Notes: generated from the sequence alone by a model not told the origin. Counted from the stretch's first letter, positions 27,611 to 38,620 are shown. The stretch is DNA of 64,000 bases from Bacteriovoracaceae bacterium (GCA_018649885.1 JABIHA010000085.1:100744-164743), one strand, 5' to 3'. A program made the numbers and translations.

Positions 27611-29827
27611 CTATCTAGGGACAGGTTTTTCTACCCGACAGTCTTGGTCGGGTACTTCTGGCGGATCTGAAAAGTTAACGAGAATAGAAGCGATTGCTCC
27701 TCTGTCGGCAGCAATTTTCTTTTTATTCACAAAGAGGTTGAACTCAATATGATAGCCAATGGCCTGAATAGGTGTTGGAACTTTTTGTTTAAGTATAAGG
27801 TAGAAAAATACTGTTCTGGCCAGAAATGCAGTTGCAGGGGAAAGGCCTCCAAACTCCATAATCGCCTCTTTAAAGTGATCAGAGGCAAGCTCTAACTCTT
27901 CAAAGGAGAGAACATCATCTTGGTCGTGGTCAAGGGCCAAAAATGTTTCTTCTAGTGAAATGAGGCCGCCTGTGACGAGAATGACATCTCTTTTTGAAAT
28001 TGTGATTTCATTTTCACCATCTTCGTAGTCATATGGGCATTGGCGCGCAAACTTTGAAAGATTTCTGACATAATCAAAAGATCCATCTTCATCTAGTGTT
28101 AAGTAATACTTATAAAGCTTAGGGAATTGCCCTCGAAATTCGTTGAAAATTCGAAAGAAATTATTGTAAAAATACATGGTAGGAACTCCATTAAGATCTC
28201 CTCCCAAATAACAACCGCTCTCATTAAGGCAATCACTTTCAAGGGTGTCGTACACTTGGTCAGCAATTTTATAACTTGAAAGTTGCATTGTTACATATTC
28301 AATGGCCTCTTTGAGATCGATATACCCATTTGCATTGGCATTATATCTAAAATAATCCATCATCAGATAGTTTGTTTTTGCCATACCACTAACTGGATTT
28401 TTCCACAACTTCATTTCAGTTACAAAGTCATCATAAGCAAGAACAACTCCTAAGAATTCTTCTTCCGTAATTCTATCTTCTCTTTCAAGCTGAGAGTAGG
28501 CCTTAAAGAATAGCTTTAGTGCATATTCATAAACAACAATCTCTCCTAAACCTTTGAAGTTTCTCTTGTTTGAATAGCTATAGTAGGGGACAGGCTCATC
28601 TCCACGATAAAACTTATAGGTTTTTACAAGTCTTGAGAATTCTTTGTTTAAGAAAGTCTCATGCGTGCTAACCTCACTTAGATTGTCTTCTATTGGGTTG
28701 GGGGATAAAAGAGTATCCTCATTTAAGAGCCACATTTTCTGGAAGTAGTGTAATCTCTCCAATATATCTTCTGCATATCCAATCACTTTTATTATATTAT
28801 TGTAGCTAAAATAGTCCCCGTAAACTCCAGGACCTATGATTTGTGAATGCTTTACTTCTCTTACTGAATCTGAAAAAGGTTCGAGATCTAAGAGTAGGTC
28901 ACTATATCTAGTTGAAGCTTTTATAATCTCTTCGTAGTGAAAGTACTTTTCGTTATTTCCCTCTTCGTGAAAAAACATCGCCTTCAGAGTTTCAATATTT
29001 TCGATTAACATCTCCATATAGGCATCATCTTGACCAAAATTAACTTTGAATCCTACAAAAATATCGTAGGAAAGTTTTGCAAGCGTTGGCAGCTTCCCAA
29101 GAAAAGTTTTTACTTCAGCAAAAGTTAAAATATCTTCATTTCCACCAAGGAGAAGGACTTTTAAAAATCTAAGAGAAGAAATATCATCCATTGATTTTGC
29201 ATTTTTTTCAGTTCTTCCCAGTTCAAATATTTCATCTATCTCTAGATCTGGTCTATTAGCTGAATGAGCATTAATTGTGTTTAATACTTCTGTTGCTAGA
29301 TGCTCAATATTTGCCATTAATTCTGATTGGTTCGAGAAAAATTCTGACTCAATGATTGGGTCCTCAATATCTATAAGTTTAAAGGCACTGTATATGGGAA
29401 GAATGCTCCTATTCATACTTCGTAAGAAGTTGAATAGGTTTGGTATATTTTCGACACCAATTTTTCCTCGAGGTTCATTGAAGATATGATGATTGGCCTC
29501 AAAAAGAGTTGTTACTCCGTGCTCTAGATCAATTTCAGAAGTCATGAAGGCCGAAAGAAAACTACCCAGTTCTTTTTCATCAATGTAATCAATATCCTCT
29601 CTTTGATCTACTTGGGCGTAAAGCGTGAGCTTAGCTTCCAGGCACTGCAGGTCTGATTCTACATTTTCTTCAAAAAAACGATTGATTTTGTCAGTGTCAA
29701 TATCACACTCTGCCGACATAGTGCCGGCAGTTAAACTTGTATTGTCTGGAGGTGCATCGTTAAACTTGCATCCGAAATGCAGTGTCATCAGAATTGCTAA
29801 TTGAACCCAGATCCATGCGCGTCCCAT
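27611..29827 (-). CDS. Putative lipoprotein with EF-hand-like motifs
   Basis: Lipobox-like LHFGC; NANANGYIDLKEA, DHDQDDVLSFEEL, DIDYIDEKEL. Confidence 0.7.
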   Translation of the reverse strand: MGRAWIWVQLAILMTLHFGCKFNDAPPDNTSLTAGTMSAECDIDTDKINRFFEENVESDLQCLEAKLTLYAQVDQREDIDYIDEKELGSFLSAFMTSEIDLEHGVTTLFEANHHIFNEPRGKIGVENIPNLFNFLRSMNRSILPIYSAFKLIDIEDPIIESEFFSNQSELMANIEHLATEVLNTINAHSANRPDLEIDEIFELGRTEKNAKSMDDISSLRFLKVLLLGGNEDILTFAEVKTFLGKLPTLAKLSYDIFVGFKVNFGQDDAYMEMLIENIETLKAMFFHEEGNNEKYFHYEEIIKASTRYSDLLLDLEPFSDSVREVKHSQIIGPGVYGDYFSYNNIIKVIGYAEDILERLHYFQKMWLLNEDTLLSPNPIEDNLSEVSTHETFLNKEFSRLVKTYKFYRGDEPVPYYSYSNKRNFKGLGEIVVYEYALKLFFKAYSQLEREDRITEEEFLGVVLAYDDFVTEMKLWKNPVSGMAKTNYLMMDYFRYNANANGYIDLKEAIEYVTMQLSSYKIADQVYDTLESDCLNESGCYLGGDLNGVPTMYFYNNFFRIFNEFRGQFPKLYKYYLTLDEDGSFDYVRNLSKFARQCPYDYEDGENEITISKRDVILVTGGLISLEETFLALDHDQDDVLSFEELELASDHFKEAIMEFGGLSPATAFLARTVFFYLILKQKVPTPIQAIGYHIEFNLFVNKKKIAADRGAIASILVNFSDPPEVPDQDCRVEKPVPR

Positions 29828-29830
29828 ACC

Positions 29831-29840
29831 ACATCCTTGT
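29831..29840 (-). promoter_or_regulatory. Putative CsrA/RsmA site over the RBS
   Basis: ACAAGGATGT matches the high-affinity ACARGGAUGU motif, 3 nt before the ATG at 29827. Confidence 0.5.
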
Positions 29841-29884
29841 TGTGGGCAAACCTAAAGCGCGGGGTGTGTGTGTGTTCTGTATTT

Positions 29885-31198
29885 TTAGAATACGTGCCCA
29901 AGCTTTACATAGACGGCATCATTGCCTCTAAAAGGTGCCCAATAGGTTCCATCATTTGGTGCCGATATTGCTCTTATTCCGAGCTCGGATTTAAAACCTC
30001 TCGCAAGGTCATATTCAACACCAGTAGACAGAACTGTGTCTTCTTTCTCTACGTCATGAGTCATATCGAACTTCCACCTTGCATCCTTTAGAATTTCCAG
30101 TGAAAATTTAGTTTTAATGGCCCTTGACCATTTAGGTTTGTTACCTAATGTATCATCGCCTGCAGGTGCACCTGAAAATAGGTGGAGATAATAAACACCC
30201 CAGGAAAACACTTTCTTTTTTCTGGTGAATCCCGTCATGAAATAGTCTTCTTTTTGTCTTCGTGTCTCAATAGTCAAGTATCTTCTGACTAAGGCAGAAC
30301 TTTGAGGTGTCGACTCAGGTCGAACGGTCAAAATCATAGTATCCACTTGAAAAGATTTATTTCTGTAAGACATTTGTCCTCCAAAAATATTTTCATTGTA
30401 TAGCTCAGGATAAATTTGAGCATCAATAACACCTGCTGAAGCATTTGTAGAAACTGTCGCAGAAACTCTAAAAGTATTTTCAGGCTTGTGCATATAAAAG
30501 CCTTTCGCTATCCAATGCTTCGAATCAAGCCCACCTGAAATACCATAAGAAGGCTTAAAAACAATGTCCGCAAGCTTTGGCTTGTTGAGTGTGTAATTAA
30601 TTGGAGCGACAGTTCCACCTTGCCCTAGATTTGCATATGCAGGGGGGAGTTCGGCCCATTCACTTTTAGAGGTAAGCTTTCCATCCTCTTCTTCAATCAT
30701 TGGGTTGAGTTCTGGAACGTATAAATATGAGCCAAAGCCTTCAATTGCCCAATTTTTACCAAGTTTAAATTTAGCGTTAAGTCCTATTACTCCTTCATTC
30801 CCGTGGTCAACGAGATCAAAGTTCTTTCTATTATTGATAATTCCTGTTCCCCAAATATCATCTAGCGGGGCCCAGTCAATGGCGTATCTTCCAAAACGAG
30901 CTCTACCACCATCTTGCAATTTGTAGTTTAAACTAGCTTCTTCAATAGAAATCATAGTTGCGCCCTTATCATTCATTCGAGCACTTGCTTTAAATTTCTG
31001 ATGGTTTTTCTTCTTTTTCAGGTTATCCCAACTGACATCAGCATCAATCACGTGGTTGACTACAACAGGTGATAACTTTTTGTTATTTAACTGCTGATTC
31101 GTGTAGTAAAGACTACCGCTGAAATTGGAGGCTCCTGCAGCTGTTACTGTTAGAGCACAAAGGCTTGCTAGTTTTGTTAATTTTGAAATTCTTTTCAT
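29885..31198 (-). CDS. Outer-membrane beta-barrel protein (hypothetical)
   Basis: Signal peptide, amphipathic strands, ends YVKLGHVF. Confidence 0.7.
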   Translation of the reverse strand: MKRISKLTKLASLCALTVTAAGASNFSGSLYYTNQQLNNKKLSPVVVNHVIDADVSWDNLKKKKNHQKFKASARMNDKGATMISIEEASLNYKLQDGGRARFGRYAIDWAPLDDIWGTGIINNRKNFDLVDHGNEGVIGLNAKFKLGKNWAIEGFGSYLYVPELNPMIEEEDGKLTSKSEWAELPPAYANLGQGGTVAPINYTLNKPKLADIVFKPSYGISGGLDSKHWIAKGFYMHKPENTFRVSATVSTNASAGVIDAQIYPELYNENIFGGQMSYRNKSFQVDTMILTVRPESTPQSSALVRRYLTIETRRQKEDYFMTGFTRKKKVFSWGVYYLHLFSGAPAGDDTLGNKPKWSRAIKTKFSLEILKDARWKFDMTHDVEKEDTVLSTGVEYDLARGFKSELGIRAISAPNDGTYWAPFRGNDAVYVKLGHVF

Positions 31199-31214
31199 TA
31201 TAATTTCCCTTCAA

Positions 31215-31997
31215 TTAAAAGAGTTTTAAACCTTTCTCACCTGTCCATTGAATCCCTACTATTGCGGATAGTATTTCATGATCGAATCTTGACTTGAAAG
31301 TGCCAAGGCCCACAACATAGTTTAGAGATTCATCTTGTATTCTTGTAAAGAGTAATTTCATTTGGGATCTGTCGCCTGATTTTTGATATTTGTTGTGTAT
31401 AAATAGCGTTCCCATCGCCATCGTATCACTAAGCTTATATCCTAAGGCAAGGTTTCCTCCAAAGAGGTTATCGCGTCCAGTCTGAGCAATTATTGTGGCT
31501 CTTTCATCAGCAAATGGTTTGCCTTTTTGGTCGAATTGAGTTCTTTGGAGCCTAAAATTCGACATAGCAAAAAAGTTCTTTACTGTGATTGCAAATTTAC
31601 TTCCAATATAAGTCCTATTGATTCTTCCATCACAGTATTCAGCCTCACAGTTAAAAGGCCCCATATCAATATTTCTATATGTAATATCTTTCCCAACGTA
31701 GAAGCCGAAAAATGAGACAGGCATGAGGTCAACTTCGACACGACCTCCATTGACTAGACCACTACTTTGAACTGTGGCCGATGGTCTTATATATCCATAC
31801 CAAGGATTGAGTCTTCCATGGGGGAGTCGATTTGTTTTCCAAAGAGTAAATCCTCTTCCAATATTACCCGCTGTGAAAAAGCCAACAGGAAATGATCTTG
31901 TCATTACTTGAGCATTGTAATCCATCTCACTTTTTGCAAAAGTGTAAGAGCTCAAAAAACTTGTGATAATTAAAATCGCGGCCGTTAGTTTATTCAT
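31215..31997 (-). CDS. Exported/outer-membrane hypothetical protein
   Basis: Signal peptide, beta-rich, terminal Phe. Confidence 0.7.
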   Translation of the reverse strand: MNKLTAAILIITSFLSSYTFAKSEMDYNAQVMTRSFPVGFFTAGNIGRGFTLWKTNRLPHGRLNPWYGYIRPSATVQSSGLVNGGRVEVDLMPVSFFGFYVGKDITYRNIDMGPFNCEAEYCDGRINRTYIGSKFAITVKNFFAMSNFRLQRTQFDQKGKPFADERATIIAQTGRDNLFGGNLALGYKLSDTMAMGTLFIHNKYQKSGDRSQMKLLFTRIQDESLNYVVGLGTFKSRFDHEILSAIVGIQWTGEKGLKLF

Positions 31998-32000
31998 CTT

Positions 32001-32876
32001 TTACACTCCCTTAAATACGGCCATTCTGAAGAAAAATTCTACAGACCAGACATAGAGAGAGTTAGGGATAAAGCTATTTACCAATGACATGATGATGCCA
32101 TCCGCCCCAACGGCTTTTCTTATAGGAACACTTTTACTTCCGACGTATTTTGTAATTAGTGAAGCAACCTTATCGGGATCACCTGCCACTCTTGAGCTAT
32201 TTTGCAGCAGCTCATTTAATTTATCAGTTCTTGCCTGATAAGCGGGGTGAGTTTTTAAACTGTTGCCTTGTTTAAGCGCAACCTCTACAAATTTGGTTTT
32301 AAATGAACCTGGTTCAATTAAACAAGTATCTATGCCAAATGGTTTAAGCTCATAGTGTAAGGCCTCAGAAAATCCTTCTAGTGCATATTTACTTGCGCAG
32401 TAGGCAGAGTAGAAGGGAAGAGTTTTAATTCCAAGTACACTACTAATATTTATAATTCGACCTGAAGACTTTCTTAGGTAGGGGAGACATTCTTTTGTCA
32501 AAAGAGCTGGACCATTAAAATTAACATCCATTTGATACTCAATATCTTCGGGGCCCATGGCCTCTAGAGGACCAATTAATCCATATCCAGCATTGTTAAT
32601 GAGAACATCAAGCTTGCCTTTAAAATGTGTTTCTAAGATTTCATGAATACGACTAAAAGTATCTGCTTTATCCATATGTAGATCGCAGCCTTTTAGTCTT
32701 CCCGATTTTAGGGCGTCGAGGATATCTCTATCTTCTGAGTTTGCTTCCGCCATTTGGTAGAGTCTTTCTTCTCCACCACGTATACCTGCTAAGACGAGAT
32801 TACCCGCCTTTAAAATCTTTTTTAAAGATAGTTTTCCAAAACCACTGGATACTCCAGTAATAAGAATCGTTTTCAC
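32001..32876 (-). CDS. Short-chain dehydrogenase/reductase
   Basis: TGVSSGFG, NNAG, YCASK. Confidence 0.93.
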   Translation of the reverse strand: MKTILITGVSSGFGKLSLKKILKAGNLVLAGIRGGEERLYQMAEANSEDRDILDALKSGRLKGCDLHMDKADTFSRIHEILETHFKGKLDVLINNAGYGLIGPLEAMGPEDIEYQMDVNFNGPALLTKECLPYLRKSSGRIINISSVLGIKTLPFYSAYCASKYALEGFSEALHYELKPFGIDTCLIEPGSFKTKFVEVALKQGNSLKTHPAYQARTDKLNELLQNSSRVAGDPDKVASLITKYVGSKSVPIRKAVGADGIIMSLVNSFIPNSLYVWSVEFFFRMAVFKGV

Positions 32877-32994
32877 TGCTTAACCCCCAGTATAATAGTC
32901 AATGCCATTTACCAATACCTTCTATGCAGCCTCGGTTTGGAATTTCACAATGCTTCAAAGTGAGCAAAAGCACGGTGCCACACAATTCCATATA

Positions 32995-34425
32995 TTAAGG
33001 CCAAAACTTAGTTATCTCAGCCTTGTTTACTATAATATAACGCGACATGTCGTCAAGCATGCCTGTAAAAAAGTCCACAAAGGACTTCTTATGATTCCAG
33101 TTAGATAGCGATAAAAGGCCCATTCTCCGATGAATTAGGTCCGAAAAAGTCCTTACTTTTTCGTGGCTTAGGCTTTCTAGGACTGCCTGCTCACTGAGCT
33201 CCCATGGCGTGAATGTTGGGAAAACAGAAGGCTGTCTGAGCGCTTGCAATGTAGTGCCTGGATTGTATGTTCCGCCAAAACCGTGAACTATCTCAGAGCT
33301 TATTTCCCTGCCCATGACTCTAAAGGTTGTATATTTGCCACCAAAGATCACATAAAGGTTTTTACCAGGTCTGAAAACTTGATGCTCTCTGGAGGTGTTG
33401 TGGGCATTGCCGCCCTCTTTTTTTACTAGGGGTCTAATGCCAGCAAAAGTGGAAAGGATATCTTTTCTTGATACTCCAGCTGCGGGAAAAAATTCTTGTA
33501 GGTTTTTTAAAAGATAATCAATTTCTTCCTCAGAGCACTTGAGGTCAAAAAAATCACCCTTAGCTTGAATTTCAGTAGTACCAACTAAAATGGCATCTCT
33601 TTGTGGTATGACAAAAATAATTCTTCCATCAAATGTCTGAAGAACTAAAGGGTAGGGGATATCTAGACTATTTTTTCTGATCCACAAATGTGAACCTTTA
33701 GTGGGAAGCAGTCTGTTTTTCCAGGAAAAACCTAAATTCATCAGTAGGTCATCACTAAATGGGCCTGTGGCAAACACTACTTTTTTAGCAATGATAGAGT
33801 TTTTTTCACCTGTTAATGTATTTGTAAGTTCTGCTTTATAGCTGTCACCAAACGCTTCGACTTTATCAATTTTGGTGTAATTGAAGGCATTGGCATTTGG
33901 CTCAAGTAGAGAGTCATAGAGGCACTCGAGTGTTAGTTTTGCATCGTCAACGATCGCATCATAGTAGACACCCGCTCCTTTGAGTCCTTCTTTTTTTATC
34001 CCTGGTAATTTCAAAATAGTTTCTTTAGCACGAAGTATTTTATGTGCTGAGTTTTGAAAACCTGATAGAAAATCATATGTTTTTAAAGCAACTTTTGTCA
34101 TCCAAAGAAATGGGTATTTTGATTCCCAGTAAACAGGAAGATAAAAGGGCAATTCTTGGCATAGGTTTGGAGCGAGCTTTAGCCATAGATTTTTTTCATG
34201 TAAGGCCTCTTTAACAAGAGCGAAGTCAAAGGATTCAAGATACCTAATTCCTCCATGTAACATTTTCGAAGAAGCAGAACTTGTTTGAGAAGCAAAATCC
34301 TTGGCATCAATTAGAAGACAATCTACCCCATGAAGAGCGAGGTCTCTAAAAATGCCAACGCCAGTACACCCACCTCCAACGATGAGCACATCTGTTTTTA
34401 AAGGTATTTGATTCAATTCACCCAC
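32995..34425 (-). CDS. glpD: FAD-dependent glycerol-3-phosphate dehydrogenase
   Basis: GGGCTG, TSSASSKMLHGGIRYL, KGSH, GTTE, GIRPL, GGKYTT. Confidence 0.9.
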   Translation of the reverse strand: MGELNQIPLKTDVLIVGGGCTGVGIFRDLALHGVDCLLIDAKDFASQTSSASSKMLHGGIRYLESFDFALVKEALHEKNLWLKLAPNLCQELPFYLPVYWESKYPFLWMTKVALKTYDFLSGFQNSAHKILRAKETILKLPGIKKEGLKGAGVYYDAIVDDAKLTLECLYDSLLEPNANAFNYTKIDKVEAFGDSYKAELTNTLTGEKNSIIAKKVVFATGPFSDDLLMNLGFSWKNRLLPTKGSHLWIRKNSLDIPYPLVLQTFDGRIIFVIPQRDAILVGTTEIQAKGDFFDLKCSEEEIDYLLKNLQEFFPAAGVSRKDILSTFAGIRPLVKKEGGNAHNTSREHQVFRPGKNLYVIFGGKYTTFRVMGREISSEIVHGFGGTYNPGTTLQALRQPSVFPTFTPWELSEQAVLESLSHEKVRTFSDLIHRRMGLLSLSNWNHKKSFVDFFTGMLDDMSRYIIVNKAEITKFWP

Positions 34426-35861
34426 ACTATATTACCAACTGATGTTAATTTATATTTATTTTGAATGCCTTCATCATTTTCGATCACAAGAGGGGATATC
34501 TGGTAGGCCACACCGACAATGGCATTTCCACCCAGCTTAAGAGCTTTCTCCTTCAATTTAAATGCCAAAATTTGGTAATAGGCCCCAAAATCCTTATCAC
34601 CATCTTCTTTTGCTTCGAGTATCTCAAACTCGCTATGATCAATTACCAGATGCTCAGTGGCCATATCAATATATCTCTCGATTTGGTGGCCTTCCAGCGA
34701 GCTTGTTGAGCTAATAATTATTGAATCGATTCCACTTTTATCATCAGAAAAAGTTGCAGAGTCTTTAGTGTTAGTGAACAGCTGTCTTTTTCCAATAAGG
34801 CCTTTGTTTTCGTCAGAGTAACTCTGGGGTGTATGCAATTCTTCACCGAGTCCCATATGGAGATCGAGATCATACTTTCTTAATTTGTGGGTTAGAACTA
34901 TGGCGTTGAATTCACCAAGCTGTGAAAGAAGGAGTGATCCTCTTTTTAAGCTAGATCTAACTTGTTCATCATTTTCATCTCCTACAAGACCATGTTCTTT
35001 TAGAAGAGAAATGATATTTTCCAAATCTTCAACATATTTTACATTTCTAATGATAATGGAAAAAGGAGGGTTTCCTGGAGCACTGTAATCACCTATGAGA
35101 AGATTATTTGCAAATTCTTTAAGTTCATCAAGGTTTTCTTTTTGAGGCTTTGGTTCAGGGCAAGTTGTGATGATGGGAGTTTTTTCGGCCACTTCACCCC
35201 GCTGCTGATCTTCATCAATTGGTGGAATGGCAATGGCATTTTCCTCAATGCTATAATCATCCTCATCCTCTACTCCTACCTCTATCTCTACCTCAGTCTC
35301 AAGGGCGAACTCTTCAGTCTGCAATTCTTCTTCTGGTATTTCAGGGAACTCAGACTCTTCATTTTCTAGCTCAAATTCCTCTGTATTAGGAAGAATCGAT
35401 TCCTGAGTTTCAAATAACCCTGAATCATCTTCCTCACCTTCATCAACAAATGAATTTAACTCATCACTATCGTCTTCAAAGGAGGGGATTTCAGCAACTT
35501 GTTCATCTGAATCTTCTGACATGGATTCAAAGAATGTTTCATTATCTCCATCCTCTCCAAAGGATAAAGATTCTGAAATATCTTTTTCTTCCGTGGCATC
35601 GCTATCTTGCTCTTCATCACTAAAATGGTTGATGTCAAAATCACCTTCAATAAAAGATTCTGTTTGATCTTCGTTCACAATATCGTCAGAAGTGATATCG
35701 ATTTGTGAATCATCTATGGGAAATTCAGGGGGAGATTCTTCTTCAGCAGAAGTTTGAAAACTGGAATCTAATTCCTCATCTTCTTTCTTACTCGATTCAT
35801 GGAGAAACTCCCCAATATCTTCGAGGCGCGTAAGATCTGACTTGTCTTCATCATCTGACAT
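34413..35861 (-). CDS. Acidic disordered protein with C-terminal YbjQ-like domain
   Basis: About 200 aa D/E-rich N-terminus; SSTSSLEGHQI...ALKLGGNAIVGV. Confidence 0.75.
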   Translation of the reverse strand: MSDDEDKSDLTRLEDIGEFLHESSKKEDEELDSSFQTSAEEESPPEFPIDDSQIDITSDDIVNEDQTESFIEGDFDINHFSDEEQDSDATEEKDISESLSFGEDGDNETFFESMSEDSDEQVAEIPSFEDDSDELNSFVDEGEEDDSGLFETQESILPNTEEFELENEESEFPEIPEEELQTEEFALETEVEIEVGVEDEDDYSIEENAIAIPPIDEDQQRGEVAEKTPIITTCPEPKPQKENLDELKEFANNLLIGDYSAPGNPPFSIIIRNVKYVEDLENIISLLKEHGLVGDENDEQVRSSLKRGSLLLSQLGEFNAIVLTHKLRKYDLDLHMGLGEELHTPQSYSDENKGLIGKRQLFTNTKDSATFSDDKSGIDSIIISSTSSLEGHQIERYIDMATEHLVIDHSEFEILEAKEDGDKDFGAYYQILAFKLKEKALKLGGNAIVGVAYQISPLVIENDEGIQNKYKLTSVGNIVWVN

Positions 35862-35923
35862 TGTGCACTTTACCCAGTAAGCATTTTAGCAAAATTAGTA
35901 TGTACTACTATTTTACCTCATGC

Positions 35924-38491
35924 TTACTTACCATGGCAGTGCTTATACTTTTTGCCCGAACCACATGGACATGGCTCATTTCTGCTAACTTTGGTTTGAC
36001 CTCTAGTAACAGGTGCTCTCTTTCCAGAGCCCCTCTGGTCAGCATCTTGGGCCCTTTTGTGGGCATCTAGTTGAGCTTTTAACTCAGCCTCTTGCTGTCT
36101 TTTTAGTTCTTCAAGCTCCTCTTTATTATAGAGTTGTACACTATAGATTTGCTCAACTATTGATCTTTTTACGGCAAGTCTCATATGCTCGAATATTTCA
36201 AAGGCCTCTTTTTTATATTCAGTGAGAGGATCTTTTTGTCCATATGACCGAAGATTTATACCTTCTTTTAAGTGGTCCATATTTTGGAGGTGTTGCTTCC
36301 AATTGGAATCAAAGTTTGAAAGTAAGATTTCTCTAAGTACAAGTTTGACATGATCATCTTCAAACTCTTCAAATTTTGCATCGTATTGATTTCTGGCCAG
36401 GTCAATCATGGCCTTAGCTAGATTTCCTTCAAATTCATTTGATACAAGTTCTGCTGATAAATCTTTTTCAGCGTGGAAAATATTTTTGAAAAGGGGAGTG
36501 ATGTCTGCCCAAGGCCATTCATCAATTGGAACTTTTCCCTCTGGCTTTAAGCTGATAGCTAAGTGATGACAAACATCTTCAACGAAATCAAAAAGAAGTT
36601 CTTGATTTCCTTGGTCACTAATAATCTCTCTTCTGAGTCTATAGATAACTTTTCTTTGCTCATTCATAACATCGTCGTATTCAAGAAGATGCTTTCTGAT
36701 ATCAAAGTTATGGCCTTCAACTTTCTTTTGGGCCTTTGCGATAGCGTTACTTATCATTTTGTGTTCAATGGGCTCGTCTTCTTCCATGCCGAGTTTTTCC
36801 ATTATCCCACTGATACGATCACTTCCAAATATTCTCATCAAATCATCTTCAAGTGAGAGGAAAAATTTTGAAAGACCGGGGTCTCCTTGCCTTCCTGATC
36901 GACCTCTTAGCTGATTGTCAATTCTTCTGGACTCATGTCTTTCAGTTCCAATTATACACAGACCACCAGCTTCAAGAGTTTCCGGTGTGAGCTTAATATC
37001 AGTTCCTCTACCGGCCATATTCGTGGCAATGGTAACCATCCCAGGGTTCCCGGCACCAGCTACAATTTCTGCTTCTCTTTCATGTTGTTTGGCATTTAAA
37101 ACATTGTGAGCAACACCAGCTTTGGTCAAATGTTTGGACAATATTTCACTGGACTCAATTGTGATTGTACCAATTAAAACGGGCTGCTTTCTTTTATTGA
37201 GCTCGGTGATCATTTGAGCAACAGCTTTGTATTTGGCAGTTTTATTTTTATAAACAACATCTGCTTCATCTAATCTTACCATTGGAAGATTTGTAGGAAC
37301 GACTATTACTTCAAGTTTATAAATTTTTCCAAATTCTTCAGCTTCAGTATCAGCAGTACCTGTCATACCTGAAAGCTTTGAATACATTTTAAAATAGTTT
37401 TGGAATGTGATAGAAGCCAGAGTTTGGTTCTCTGAAACAATTTTCACACCTTCTTTTGCTTCTACAGCTTGATGAAGTCCATCAGACCATCTAGAGCCTT
37501 CTTTTAGCCTTCCAGTAAACTCATCAACAATTATGACCTCACCATCTTTCACAACATAATCAGCATCTACTTTAAATAGTGTGTGAGCACGAAGGGCCTG
37601 GTTAATTGCATGTAGCTTGTCGATATTTTTAAGATCGTAAAGATTTTCTATTCCAAGTTGTTTTTGAACCTCTGTAACACCTTCATCTGTAAGGATTGCA
37701 GACCTTGATTTTTCATCAACTGTGTAATGTTTTTCTTTTTCAATTTTAGGAATGATTTTGTTTATGTGACCATAAATACTCGGGTCGCCTTCACTGGGGC
37801 CAGAAATGAGCAGTGGAGTTCTGGCTTCATCAATTAAGATAGAGTCAACCTCATCCACAATACAGTAATGAAATTCTCTTTGAACATAGTCGTCCAAATC
37901 AAACTTCATATTGTCTCTTAGGTAGTCAAAGGCAAATTCATTATTTGTACCGTAGGTAATATCTTTATTGTAATTTTCTTGTCTTTCTTCATCTTCCATA
38001 TTACCCAGGATTACTCCTGTTGTAAGACCTAAGAAGTTATAAAGTTTTCCCATCCATTCGGCATCTCTTTCTGCCAGGTAATCGTTAACTGTAACAAGGT
38101 GAGCACCTCTTCCATCGAGAGCATTGAGATACATTGCAAGTGTTGCAGTTAGGGTTTTTCCCTCACCTGTTTTCATCTCAGCAATTTTGCCATCGTGCAG
38201 GACTATCGCCCCGATTAGTTGAACATCAAAAGGACGAAGACCCAAAACTCGCCAAGAAGCTTCTCTGACTGTGGCAAATGCCTCAGGCAGAATGTCTCCG
38301 TGAGTGGATCCGTTTTCTAACATTTTCCTAAACTTTGGGGTTTGTGCTTGTAGTTCCTCATCACTGAGCTTTTTCATATCAGCTTCGAGGCCATTAATTT
38401 GAGCTACCAAGGGTCTGAGGACCTTAATATCTCTATCTTGTTTTGTGCCAAATATTGAACGAAGGGCCTTGCCTATCATCGCTTTCTCCAA
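35924..38491 (-). CDS. secA: Preprotein translocase ATPase SecA
   Basis: MKTGEGKT, DEVDSILIDEARTPL, TNMAGRGTD, SEC-C CPCGSGKKYKHCH; may start at ATG 38479. Confidence 0.98.
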   Translation of the reverse strand: MEKAMIGKALRSIFGTKQDRDIKVLRPLVAQINGLEADMKKLSDEELQAQTPKFRKMLENGSTHGDILPEAFATVREASWRVLGLRPFDVQLIGAIVLHDGKIAEMKTGEGKTLTATLAMYLNALDGRGAHLVTVNDYLAERDAEWMGKLYNFLGLTTGVILGNMEDEERQENYNKDITYGTNNEFAFDYLRDNMKFDLDDYVQREFHYCIVDEVDSILIDEARTPLLISGPSEGDPSIYGHINKIIPKIEKEKHYTVDEKSRSAILTDEGVTEVQKQLGIENLYDLKNIDKLHAINQALRAHTLFKVDADYVVKDGEVIIVDEFTGRLKEGSRWSDGLHQAVEAKEGVKIVSENQTLASITFQNYFKMYSKLSGMTGTADTEAEEFGKIYKLEVIVVPTNLPMVRLDEADVVYKNKTAKYKAVAQMITELNKRKQPVLIGTITIESSEILSKHLTKAGVAHNVLNAKQHEREAEIVAGAGNPGMVTIATNMAGRGTDIKLTPETLEAGGLCIIGTERHESRRIDNQLRGRSGRQGDPGLSKFFLSLEDDLMRIFGSDRISGIMEKLGMEEDEPIEHKMISNAIAKAQKKVEGHNFDIRKHLLEYDDVMNEQRKVIYRLRREIISDQGNQELLFDFVEDVCHHLAISLKPEGKVPIDEWPWADITPLFKNIFHAEKDLSAELVSNEFEGNLAKAMIDLARNQYDAKFEEFEDDHVKLVLREILLSNFDSNWKQHLQNMDHLKEGINLRSYGQKDPLTEYKKEAFEIFEHMRLAVKRSIVEQIYSVQLYNKEELEELKRQQEAELKAQLDAHKRAQDADQRGSGKRAPVTRGQTKVSRNEPCPCGSGKKYKHCHGK

Positions 38492-38620
38492 AAAAAATGG
38501 GTTTGAGATTCCTTATATTTTACCGCTACGCAGTTGTGGAGGTAACAGGAGTATTATGCCACATTTAATAGAGTTTAAAAATAGTAAAACACTAAGTCAT
38601 CACACTCGAACAAATTTCAT

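Noticed and set aside
29864..29875. (GT)6 microsatellite
   Set aside because: Too short to support a phase-variation claim
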